Below the pieces are notes generated by a model that saw only the letters and a program-made list of their open reading frames with translations, searched no databases and was not told where the DNA came from. A DNA stretch of 64,000 bases from Pseudogymnoascus verrucosus (taxonomy: Eukaryota). How positions within the stretch are numbered: position 1 is the first letter of the stretch; the number at the start of each line of letters is the position of its first letter. Location: NCBI GenBank assembly GCA_001662655.1, contig KV460214.1, one strand, 5' to 3'. Shown here piece by piece: positions 1 to 11,205 of the stretch. The translations under genes were made by a program, and so were the position numbers.

Positions 1-1
1 G

Positions 2-190
2 GAGAAGGGACCGTTGGGGAAGTTGGTTAGTGTGGCGGCGGCGGCGGCGGCGGGGCAGACGGAGAGTGATGTGTCGAGGAGTGGGGAGAGTGTGGGGAGT
101 CCGTTGAGCTCGAGGGAGGGGGATGGTGGGGGGATGAGCTCGTCGGCGGAGACGTCGGTTTCGCCGGGGAAGTCGGTGTCGCCTCATTGA
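2..190 (+). CDS. 3' end of an unidentified gene truncated by the window start
   Basis: Frame 2 is open from base 2 to TGA at 188-190 (EKGPLGKLVSVAAAAAAGQ...SVSPGKSVSPH*). It has the G-rich codon style seen at the 3' ends of other genes here and is followed by AT-richer UTR-like sequence. Confidence 0.55.
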   Translation, partial: EKGPLGKLVSVAAAAAAGQTESDVSRSGESVGSPLSSREGDGGGMSSSAETSVSPGKSVSPH

Positions 191-1099
191 TGCTGTGGAG
201 GCATATGGGTGGTGTAAAATTGGGTTTGAAGGGGGGAGTTGGGTGTTTGTGGCGGTTATGCTGCATGTGAGCGTTTTTTTGCTTATTATTATGATAGATG
301 AAGAGACGACCGAAAACCTAAATGCAACAACGATGATGAAAGAAATCCCATGCTTCTGGCGCGTTTGACTCCCTGTAGTCAATTTTCAGCTTGCCAATTA
401 ATGGCGTATCTATGGATAATACTGATATAAGAGAGATGGGGTTGCCTCATTTTCGAATCAGGTATAATACAGAGCCACTCACGTCGGACCAACCTAACTC
501 TGGGAAAAAGATACTGGTTCAGAAAATGTCCAAATCGTCAAGTTTGTAACTTCGAATCAATCGGAATACAACACTTATGTGTGTTCTTGACAATATGCAA
601 TCCCATTAATTTTCTCATTTTCTCGCCTGACGGCGGAGGAGTATGTGGTAACTAGAAGATACTGTCAACGAGAGAATGCTTCGGCAACAAGATATAATCG
701 ACAGCGAGAGAAAACCCAGCGAGAAAAGAATTCCTACTGAGCCAGCGTCTTCCGGGAGGGATATTCGTACCTTATCGGGCACAAGTCGCTTAATAGGGGT
801 GACGCTGGTCGTTTTGATTCTCGAATGATTCCTTTGTCGTCGATAATGTGCTTATTACTATCATCAGGAAGATCCTGAAGTAGGTGGAAACTGGCATTTA
901 CTTGCTCACGGGTCAGGGCGGGAGTTGGGGAAGGTTAGGAGCGGGATGGGGTTTTGAGAGTTCAGCGTTAAATAGATCTATCTGTTACCTCTTTCCTTCT
1001 TGAAAAAAGGGTTTGTGTGATCGCTGTCTCCTCGAGTTGCTGTTCTCTCAATGTGGATGTGATTGATGACTTCGGGGGCTAGGAGAGTAACCTATAAAT

Positions 1100-1245
1100 G
1101 TGGCTCAACAACCAACTACACACCGTTATCTGCACTTGAAACCGCATGGGAAGATAATCATAGTCTCACCTTGTAACTCTCGGAGCTTTGGTAGAACATG
1201 TCATCTGAATGGCAAACAATCGGGCGCATATGGCGCCAGGGAAAA
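1100..1245 (+). pseudogene. SNF2-like helicase C-terminal fragment (motif V-VI region)
   Basis: Reads ...HTVI / LETAW [degenerate intron ending TAG at ~1194] NMSSEWQTIGRIWRQG, resembling the SNF2 consensus VI..E..WN...E.QAIGR..R.GQ. Frameshifted, with no full ORF. Confidence 0.5.
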
Positions 1246-2532
1246 CGATCTATGCAAGAGGGTACTTTGGACGATGAAGACAAGGCAATGCGTACCGAGG
1301 AAATGGGACTCATGCGCCAGTACAGTCTGTCCAATGCCTTGGTCCTCGGCACCACGCCTATCAACGCCTGCTCGTCGGCTTATTTCTGAATAGAGCCACG
1401 ATTGCTGAAACCGTTGCTGTTATGACAAACTATGAAGCCGGAAGAGTACACAGTGAGAAATCATACTGACAGTAGAGGAGCTCGCGGTGAGAGAGCGGTA
1501 TCGACAACAAGAGAGCGTTGACGGCAAGAAGATTAGGCACTCAGGAGGACCGATTATTCGCTCTATAGTCGCCAGGACAGCCGCACGACACGGTACTCAA
1601 TGAACACTCCTCCTCTCTCGATATCCTTACGGATGAGTGAAATCTTTTCTGCTGTGATCATAGCCTCCGTCAGCTACGTCGCATTGAACTGCGTAACGAA
1701 GTTGGTAGCATCCTTCTCATTGAACGTTTCAGTGGTGTCCAAGAAAAGACGAACTGTTTGCCACGGTGAGAGAGACTCCAGGACGAGAAGCTTTCCGGCA
1801 AAGACACTGTACTGTAAGTGGTCAAAAGGGAATGGGAAGTCACCAGACTTTTTTTTTTTTATAAAAAAACGCCGTTGGAAGGCGTTCGATGTAAGTTGCT
1901 GAAATGTTTCGAGTGATGATATACGCTGCGATGAAGAGTAAAGATATCAAATATATGATCACATATCTGCTGGATGGCGCGGTTGGAGGGAGTTGAGAAA
2001 GATCATCATCGGGGTCTGGAAGTTTGATAAGATCAGAATTTGATATATATTGTTTCTATAGTCACGCTACCCCTGAGCAATGGCAACTGGAGTGCGTGGT
2101 GGCAAGAGAGTTCAGTCATACCCCTATCCCCATTTTTATTAATAATATTGCCGCTTGTAAGCGTGGAAAAAGAGACGAAGAGGGAATATGGACCTGGAGA
2201 CACACAAGTGAGTTATCAGAATAGCGGGATAGGGGTATGAGCCCAAAAGAGATGGCCATCTAGATTTGATTATATTAGAATATTAACACAGGGCCTAGCG
2301 AAATACGCATCGTGGCAGCAAGTGAAGAATACAAGGCGTGATCAGGGAGTGCTGATGCGATTCACTCCTATGTTTCGTATTAAACGTGCATGTATGGCTA
2401 GCACAAATCCAGGCCATGGAGTCACACATACATATTGAAGCGAATGATATGACTGTGTGTCATGGAAAGCAGAAATCAAGAGTTGTGCAGTGTATCTTGG
2501 GAGACACATATTAAGAGCTGCACAGCACAGGC

Positions 2533-3220
2533 TGTCGTCATGTCTCGCTATTGTCCCCGTTCTCTCCGTCGCCTGAGCCGGATGCTGTCACCTCTGACTT
2601 CTTGTTCTTTACGGATGCTGTCACAGTCTCGCCGTTGCCGTCACCCTCTACGAACACATCTTCTTGAGCCCCGCTGTCCCGCCATCCCGAAATGCCTCCA
2701 CTGCATGGTCACGGGCATCTATGGCAAACATGTCGCGCTAAGTATAGAGATAACAGCTAACTAAATCTATTTCCTCTTCTGTAGTATTCGAGTATAGGGC
2801 TGAGACAGCAGTTTTTGTTTATCCCACCCAAGACCGGAAAGCTTCCACCATAGTAAATTAGATATGCGCCATCATCGTGCAGGCCGACGATTGACCTATG
2901 CCGCAAAGACAACTGCAAAGGAGCACAGGGGATTGCAAGAAACTCACATATCTCTTCGAGCTATTCACTGACGAGATGGGCATGAATGGAGTCCCACTAA
3001 GAGAACGAAAACGAAATGTCATGTTTACCATCGGAAATCATAAGATCGGAGGAACTTTTGACAGCGAGTTGAGACTAAAGGGTTGGGAGATACTATCAAG
3101 AATCGAATGAAAGACTGCTGATAAAGTCAGACTCTCGGCCACCTCTGTCGTCATGCCCCACTGTTTCCATCACTCATTCTGTCGTTGGAGCCGGATGCTG
3201 TCACCCCCTGCCTGCTGTCG
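2533..3220 (+). repeat. Pair of degenerate ~80-bp direct repeats (2533-2610, 3145-3220)
   Basis: Identical 18-bp core GAGCCGGATGCTGTCACC at 2575-2592 and 3188-3205; both copies are preceded by CTGTCGTCATG. A partial third core lies at 2612-2624. Confidence 0.7.
2930..3110 (+). pseudogene. Possible SNF2-like helicase fragment (motif IV region)
   Basis: KKLTYLFELF...RKRNVMFT...LRLKGWEILSRIE resembles the 'KL..L..L....K.++F.....L...G....RI' start of the helicase-C domain. Judged by eye only. Confidence 0.3.
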
Positions 3221-4502
3221 ATGTCAACTTCTGTGAGCGCAGATTGGGCCCTGGAATCTATCCTCTCTTCTTGCTATCTCTATATCTAAGATAGCCAATA
3301 TTGTTTTCCGATGAGCCATGCTGTCTCCACACAAGATGCCGTTGAGTTATGACTTTCAACAGAAGCGAGTCTAAGTAGCCCCTTAAAGCTGGTGCAGATT
3401 CGGAGTTATTGACAGCAACAGAGAGACCTCCAACGGTGAGACTTCGAACAGCGTCCCGCTTTCCCCGCCACTGGGCAGCATAAATCTGGATGGTAAAAAA
3501 GGCATCGTCTAGGTCTCTTATAGTTACTTCGGTTGGACCATGGAGGTAACAGAGCTGGAAACATTTCTTCAGGGCCAGCATTTGGGGCCTTCTCGCAGAG
3601 TACCAAGTAGATGGTGCCACCATTATCTCCAATCAAGCCTCATCAAATGGCCATCCCTGGAGACGAAAAATAAATAGGAGCCTAGGTAACCATTATCACT
3701 TGATTTTATTTGGCAACAAGAAGAGATGTAACTGCGAGATATATAACCGGATCTGAGAACAGCATGAGAGGAGAAAAACTGGTGGACGTTATTGCAACTC
3801 AAATAAACACAAGAGTTGCAGCAGTGTCTACCGACTATATAAACAAGTTCAATTTCTTCGTCGTTGAGTGTAAAGCACCCAAACGGTAGACGCAAGAGAG
3901 AACCGTGGCTAGAATCGGATCAGTCTACAACCTCGTTCCTAGCCGCGAATGCGAGGCTCGCGTCATATTATGCTGTTGCTACCGGTCTTCGTGTTGTCGT
4001 TCCTCTTTCTTGCTACCGCACCTCTTGCTACCACTACTACATCCTGGTGAGTTGACGGCCCATGTTAATTTTTAGGTTAGCGTATTTGTTCATCGCACCC
4101 CCGGCGCCCAAGAGCATTCTCTAGCATCCTCTCCGCGTTTCTAGCTGAGATTTGAAAGTTGATAAAGTTGGAGAGATAGACAGATGATGGAGTTAAGGAC
4201 GTAGTGATGACGAAGTGAAGGGAAATGACATACGGAAATGGAGAACCTAAAGTGGATGAATAATTCCGTTGCTGCCATCTCGCCACATAACTGTAATACC
4301 TTCTTTACTTCGAGTTTCCCTCCCTCCTATCATATTGTATTGAATCGCACCGCAAATTTAGTAAGATTTGAAATTATTCTAGTTATGCCAACCCCTAATT
4401 TTTTGGAGATGATGTAAAAATTGGATGAATAGTCTGGTATTGTCGCCGCAGCTATCTATTTCTATGTATGGTTTATTCCACTTATATTCTGCCGAGAGCA
4501 CC

Positions 4503-4652
4503 GGGGGGGGGGGGGGAGCTGTCCAAGACTTTGAAGTACATATGGTATCAATTCCAATCTTTGCANNGGGGGGGGGGGCCGGGGGGGGGGGGGGGGGGGG
4601 GGGAGCTGTCCAAGACTTTGAAGTACATATGGTATCAATTCCAATCTTTGCA
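4503..4652. other. Poly-G tract and NN gap with a duplicated flank (probable assembly artefact)
   Basis: Poly-G + AGCTGTCCAAGACTTTGAAG...CTTTGCA occurs twice, identically, on either side of 'nn' at 4566-4567. Confidence 0.75.
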
Positions 4653-5376
4653 GAGTCCCTCTTCGGCTTTTCGGCCAGCACAATGCCACCTTTGGAGCAG
4701 CCATCATTGCCTGCACGTTTCATATTCCCATTCTCAAGAGCACAGGGATTATGGCTTGTTAATGGACATGCCCGGCCCCAATTCCGGCCTTGAGAAGAAC
4801 TCTGCCCCAAATGACGACGCTGACAGGCATAATCTAGTTGGAAAAATGCCATAACACTCCGCCAGCCAACAGTCCGTTGGCCTCCGTGGGCCTCATCCAT
4901 CTGCGACCTCTAAATTGCCCATTCGAGTTAGACCACACATGGCGTACACAGATGGCGGCCCGCACCGATCACCGATTGGACACGACGACGCTATTCCCAT
5001 TGAGGCTGTGCCAATAGTATGCACGGGGTTGGGGTACGTACCTCCACACGTCCAATCGCCGTACTTGATGCCTCGACCCTCTCCAACTCTCACCCATTTA
5101 GCCAAGAGATGGACCCTGCACCACCCACTAATCGCCCACTAATGGTTGACAGATGGATGTAAGGGCTTCCTCGGGGGTGTCAGGATGGAACCCTCAGATC
5201 ACCAGCACGCATATACCCATGCGGTCCACGACAGCCGACCTCGACCTTACTCAGCAGGACAACTCACTCAACCTCGCAACCCCGCCGGCGACCAGCTCTG
5301 ATGGCGATATAAGCACTCATCCCGCCGCTCCCGACGAATGTAGCATCTTCTAGGATCGCCGACGACGCATCTCACC

Positions 5377-6661
5377 ATGCGGCGCATCAATCTCCGGCGC
5401 GCCGCCGTGGTTCTCGGTCTCTTCTCTCCGATATCAGCTATACTCGTCGCGCCCGATTCCGACTGCGCCATCAGCTGTGGAAACGTCCTCGACGCGACTA
5501 CGCCGCCCGATATCGCATGTGGAGATAATAAATTCGGCAGCGGGGTGGGCCAGACCTTCAAGGCATGCGTGGAGTGCGAGCTAAAGAGCACTTATGTCGA
5601 TCCGACGGGCCTATCCGATTTGACTGCTGCGATCTGTATGTATCCCATATACCCTCTGTTATTCTCGTACGCGATGCTGATGGCGGCGCGACAGATAACC
5701 TGCGCTATGCGGCCGACTATTGCATCTTCAACGACTCGAAGATCGCGACCACGCCATGCATCACCACCTCCGCCTGCGAACCTTTCCTCGACTCCCTAAC
5801 TTACCATAACAACATCGCTCCATCCGGCGCAACCGACTACGGTTACTGCAATCAATGGGATGACTCAGACATATTGAGATGCCAGAACTGTGTCGCAGCT
5901 CTGGAAGAAGAGGAATACCTCGTTAACTGTACGCCCCTTCAATCCCCCATATGAGCCCTGCTAATATCCCACCCCCAGTCATGACCATCCTCAGCGCAAG
6001 CTGCCAGCAGAAACCTGGAAAGGGAGCCCTCATCGGCGTAGAAGGCGACCCCTTCTCTGGCTCGCGCGTGTCAATCACCAAGCCCTACTCCTCCGCCGAC
6101 ATAATTGCATCCTCGTTCAACCCGCCCTCCGGCCCCCTCGATCTAGGCGCCAAAATCGGCATAGCCGTCGGCGGCTTCCTCCTCATCCTCATCGTCCTCG
6201 GGACCTGCATAGTCTGGCGCGGCCGCCGACGCCGTCGCGCCATACTCGCCAACTACGCTGGATCTCCCGCCATGGCACAGGCGCCGCGCTGGAAGGGCAC
6301 GGACGACAGCCCTCAGAGCATGAGCAGCGGCGCCTTCATGACCAAGGCGTCAAATTACCAGTGGCCCGCACAGTCCACTGATGACAGCCCTGCAAGCGCG
6401 GTCAGTAAAGGAACCGGAGGAGCAGGAGGGGCCGGTTTTAGTCCGTACGTGAGCCAGCATACGAGCCCGAGTGGCCCAGCCCCCGGAGAGTTCCCTCACG
6501 TCCCCATACCAGCTCCATATAGGAGAGAGAGCATTGGAAGTTTGCGCCCGCAAGGAGAGTTAATCGAGATGAGTCCACTTGGGGAGAGTGAAAGGGAGAG
6601 GTGGGAGAGAGAAGCAGGGGCTGTAGGATTTGTGCCTGCCCCTGCGCCGACTAGAGGATGA
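5377..6661 (+). CDS. Cys-rich type I membrane protein, paralog A (family often annotated 'LPXTG-domain-containing' hypothetical protein in fungi)
   Basis: Exons 5377-5635, 5695-5928 and 5979-6661 with GT-AG introns. Signal peptide; Cys-rich ectodomain (SDCAISC...FKACVEC...YNLRYAADYC...PCITTSAC...YGYC...RCQNC...NFMTILSASCQQKP); TM GAKIGIAVGGFLLILIVLGTCIVW followed by RGRRRRR; tail with FSPYVSQHTSP. Confidence 0.85.
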
Positions 6662-6730
6662 TGGAGCAAGGGCGGTGAGATTCGTGCCTGGCCCTGAGCC
6701 AACTAGAGGATAATGGAACGAAGGGGGTGG
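6627..6730 (+). repeat. Imperfect 52-bp tandem duplication spanning the stop codon of paralog A
   Basis: GATTTGTGCCTGCCCCTGCGCCGACTAGAGGATGATGGAGC vs GATTCGTGCCTGGCCCTGAGCCAACTAGAGGATAATGGAAC. Confidence 0.7.
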
Positions 6731-9653
6731 CAATGTTTGTGACTGCCGGAATCAGGGACGGGCGGTGGCATGGATAGGGTCTCGGCGTAAATGTTTGCTG
6801 TCAGCTCCGCCCTTGGTAGATAGCCGATGTGACTGTGGCGAGCCTCGCGCTATCGATGCCACACTAAATATTAAACCACTACCACTCCCTTGCTTCCCCG
6901 CCGTCCAATCCCATCTGCATTCCATGTCTCGCGCCAGCGCCCCCTCGCAGCCGCGCACGCTTATCAATGCCGCGCTGCACTCGGGCTTACGTCTTATCAC
7001 AGGCGCCGCCCCCGCGCGAGTCACTCTACACGATGCACGCCCCGATGGGGTAGGTGGCTGCGTGCGCAAGTCTTGCCTCATCTGTCTTAAGTAGACTCGT
7101 AAGAGGGGTCACGCTGGCCGGGTAGCTAACGGCTGAGACCGCCACCAACATGTTGGTTTTCTCGGGGTGGGGCACAAGAAGGGCAATGAGGTGTTGGATG
7201 GAGGCGGTGGAGGGTGTGCGCGAGACAGAGAGGGGTGGGGACTAGACTGAGGGTGAGTTGTTGGTGGTGGGGAGGTGGATTGGTAGATTGCATAGAAGGG
7301 ATGGTGGCTTGAGGGGTATTGCTGTGATCGGCGGCATGTTTGGATTGGCAGAGAGTTCGGAGTAGTAGCGTGCTTGGAGAATGCTTGGAAAGTTCCGAAC
7401 CAGCAGGAGCATTCATCCAAGCGCGCCTGTATATTAAACAGACCTATAGCGCATCCGGTAGGCTGGTCTGCACCTCCAATCCCAGTCATTCGCCGAGAAC
7501 GCGTATGCACGCATCGTTCGTCTTGTCCCCGCCGCACATAGTTCACCGGACCGAGCTCCACTCTTGTGTTGGACATTCTTCATCGTCGTTGGCCGCGGTC
7601 TACTAGTATTGCCGTGCTTATGCCCCCAAACCTTGTCTTGACTCGAACTCTGCGTCTAGGCCCCACGACAAGAGAGGAACGTGAAAGCGCTGGCAACATC
7701 TTGTTGGCTGGCTCTTCCGACGCTACGGCGCTTGTTATAGTGGAGCGCGCGGACGTGCGTTAGTGTAAGACAGCGATGCTACCATCCCCTCCCAGAGGCG
7801 CGATAGTCCGCGATTTTAGAGGGTTACACTCTAGTTGGGGGCTATCTCGACGTGACAGTCGGAGGGAAACCCCGACCACCCGCACCCAGATACAAGTCAA
7901 GAATCGGACAAATCGGAGATGAGACGTATCACCAACAAAATAGAGTGCTCCGTGGAAATGGGAGGGGAACGGGAAGCAAGGTCGGTACCCACCAAGGCTG
8001 GGAAAGGAAAGGCTTGATGTGATTGGAACTGTGGAACCTGCATCACAATGAGATTTACCCGTGTCACCGGGCGATGCCGCAACAGTGGACCCTTCCCCTT
8101 TCCTTTTCGTAGACCCTCAATCTCCACTAGTTCTCGGGCTTGACCTTGCCTCGCGTTACGCAGCGGCTGTGTAATTGTTTGTGCCCCGTACGTGTCCTGT
8201 TCCTTGATGCTAGCGGCGCTCTTTGGGCTCCCTTGCTTGGAGCCAGCAACGTTAGAACACAGCAGCTATCGACGTACGCACAGTGCTGGTTGAGTAGTGA
8301 GCGCGGGGAGATGATTATCACTGTACTGCGCAGCTCTCGCACAAGTTCAAAACATAGTGCTACGCGACACCACACTACAGCACATCATACTCGGCCGAAT
8401 TTCTCTCGTCAAATCATACGTTGTGTTGCGTCCCAGCAAACCGCTACCAGCGCCTAATGACTGCCGCTCATTGGCCTCTGTCAGGGGTTGTCACTGGTGT
8501 CCGCCCCTAGCAGAACCACCTACCCTAGGTGGATGGTGGCGTTTGATCTGATCTGTCGACTCGCCCGTTCTCATCGGCTTTAGTTACACTGCATCGGAAA
8601 TCCTCGACAAGGTGAAAGTAGTGAGATTAGTGACACTTGGCAACTCAATTTCCTGAGACGTCGAGAAGCGGCCGGAATGTAGTGATCGACAAGACAATGT
8701 GTTTGCTTTCTTTCGTGCCATCGATGCACCGGCCATCACGTAAGTGATGTGTGCCTTCTTGTGAGACGACCTTGCTTGCACTACGTGAACTCAGCTCAGC
8801 TTCCAGTTCTCCGACTTTCATTCGTGAGTGACAAATCACCAGAAGAGAGCATCCCTTGCATGATTGGCCTACAGTGATCCAAGGTATCCATCTTGAGGGC
8901 TGCACATGGGTTAAGGAACGCGCATAGCCTTCCCGCAGGGGGGGTACTTTTGCCGCGCCGCCGACGACATTCAGGCTGCAGCGAGAATTCTATGAGAGTG
9001 TATGCGGTGCCACCACCTCATTGCTCCGTAGGTGGCCTGCGCCTTGCGTTTGCCACTTCCCGGAAGGAGAGACAGCAAGCGGGCTAGGTTGCCTAGTGCT
9101 AGAATCTGCCGTATGGGATGCACTGCATACTCCCCGTTAGGCTGCCCGAATGCGGGAGGACATTGTTGTACATGCCGAACAAGGCCCTGGGTGGTTGTTG
9201 GATGTTTGGTGGTGAGTGAAAGGCTGCTTAAGTACCGCATGTGGGACGTCGATGGATATGAAATGCACCCTCAGCCCTCTGGCACATTGTCCTCTTGAGT
9301 ATATATCGAGTGTTGCCGGCGAGATATAGAATGAGGCTTTGACCCAGAGTATTGAAGTTCTCTGGATGCTGATGAGCTTCTGCACTGCTTGTGGCTAGGT
9401 GGACTGGAATGAGAGGTTAGTCATCCATACGAGGCAAGCTTATGATAGCTCACCTGCTGCCATGCATCTTCACGCATCGTTGGAACTATTAAAGACCAAA
9501 TGCTTCCTTCCAACGTCCAACAAACTGACGGTGCATTGCAGCCTCGTCAAACGGCTTGCTATGAGAGGTTCGGCCTCAACCAACATCAACCTCGACGCCA
9601 CCGACATACCCAACAACATTGCCACAGCTTTGCTCCAATATTAATCCGCCAAG

Positions 9654-10619
9654 ATGTGTCTTTGGTGGCGTAACCGCGAGCCCATCGAAAGCTCTTTCGA
9701 CCCGCGTTTCGGCTCTGCTGCCATTACGGCCCCAACCTCGGGAGCGTTCACCGATCCCTCCACGGCCCCTCCTCTTACCGTCGCCATCCACTCCGCCGGT
9801 ACTGTCGACCAACCGCCCCCATCACCACCCATGTCCTCCATATCTCACCTCCCAAAATTCCCCAACGCAAAGCCACCCTCTTTAAATCTCGCCCGCTCAA
9901 ATAGAAGCAGCGACGCACCATCTATCCCACAACCGCTCACATCGAAATCTGCCCAGTCACACCATTCCCACCACTCTCATCACTCACTCTCCACCAGCAC
10001 CCAATTCTCCAGCTACAACTCCACGCCCTCATCTCCAGCCTCCCAGCTCCAACCCTCCCCGCAATGGCCCAAAACCTCCCCCGGCATTGGACGGCCAACA
10101 AGCCCCGTCCCGGTCCACCAGGCCTACATCCCCGCCGATCAGCTCAGCATAGGCAGCAAGTTGAGCCCAGGCTTCTCCGCCAGCAGCGCGCCAACACCCA
10201 CCACGAACGGTCCACGGACAGGCAATTCTGCCACAACCACTGTGACGAATGGTTGGGGTAGCGCTCAACCCTCGCCGACAAACATTAAAACATCATCCAT
10301 GCCACCTACTCCTGCGTCCTCCCCGCCCCTACCACAGCTACCAGAGGTGCATGGCGAGTTCCCGCAGTTCCCACAGCCGGTACAGAGCATAATTCTGCCC
10401 CCGGTGGACCAACAGCAGCAGCAACAGCCTCGCCAGTCCATGCAGCGACTCTTTGGCATCCAGGGCACGCAGGCATCCCATCCGCAGAGCAAGACGAGGA
10501 TGAACAGGATTACGCTTCCGAGTCTGAAGCTTGGGGCAGCGCCGAAGAGGAGGCCGGCGAAGACGTGGGATGAGAGGTCGCCCGAAAGTGATGTCGAGCA
10601 GTGGCCAGGGAGTATGTAA
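9654..10619 (+). CDS. Pro/Ser-rich protein, paralog B: homologous only to the cytoplasmic tail of paralog C
   Basis: 321-aa ORF with ATG in good context (ccaagATG) and an in-frame TAA at 9642-9644. N-terminus MCLWWR...FDPRFGSAAITAPTSGAF matches C's CFKWRR...YDPRYGSSSISPPTDGAY; C-terminus ESDVEQWPGSM matches C's ESVEQWPGKM. Confidence 0.75.
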   Translation: MCLWWRNREPIESSFDPRFGSAAITAPTSGAFTDPSTAPPLTVAIHSAGTVDQPPPSPPMSSISHLPKFPNAKPPSLNLARSNRSSDAPSIPQPLTSKSAQSHHSHHSHHSLSTSTQFSSYNSTPSSPASQLQPSPQWPKTSPGIGRPTSPVPVHQAYIPADQLSIGSKLSPGFSASSAPTPTTNGPRTGNSATTTVTNGWGSAQPSPTNIKTSSMPPTPASSPPLPQLPEVHGEFPQFPQPVQSIILPPVDQQQQQQPRQSMQRLFGIQGTQASHPQSKTRMNRITLPSLKLGAAPKRRPAKTWDERSPESDVEQWPGSM

Positions 10620-11205
10620 GGACCGAGGGTAGAATGGTGGCGGAGGTCGAGTGTTCTGGGCGTATAGCGGGTGCATTTTATAGGCCATGCGAGGATGGGA
10701 GTTTGTTGATTGGAACTGGGCAATTGTGTATGCCATTAGTAATTATGTGCAGACGACTTTCCTCCTGGATACGGGAGGAGCCTTCTCCCTAGTGGTGGAT
10801 ATATATCATTCATTAGCAGACAAAGAATGCAAGACAAATGTGTCCATCACAACCACATAATGCCTACAAAAAAGGAACGCACAAAGGGTCATGTCAACCT
10901 CATAATCACAATAGCATGTTTGAAAGAACATCTTGGAAGCTCTTGGCCACAGCTATAACAGTGTTGTATTAATACATCTGGGATTAATGTGCTCGTATTC
11001 AGAGCTATTAACCAGATGAATAAATTCACTCTCTGGTATTAAAAGCGGAGAAGGTCGTCCAGAGGAAGCTGCGACCTTGGTGGTTGCCTTGTTTATATTT
11101 TGAACTTCACCCAACTTCAGTTTGTTATGACGCAACTCGATCGTTCCTTCCCTCACGCGTGTATCCAAGCCTCCGATAAACTCGCCGTGGTGCTGACAAC
11201 ATGGT

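Noticed and set aside
27..266. Pro/Ser-rich minus-strand ORF
   Set aside because: Antisense shadow of the G-rich 3' end of a plus-strand gene.
3258..3895. Overlapping minus-strand ORFs
   Set aside because: They look like frameshifted relics but no family could be assigned, so they were not called as genes.
4379..4900. ORFs with poly-Pro/poly-Gly and a duplicated peptide
   Set aside because: Produced by a poly-G tract and an exact duplication around an NN gap; most likely an assembly artefact.
6750..9640. Many short ORFs between paralogs A and B, checked as a possible lost ectodomain of B
   Set aside because: No signal peptide, YNLR motif, Cys pattern or TM helix recognised; treated as intergenic.
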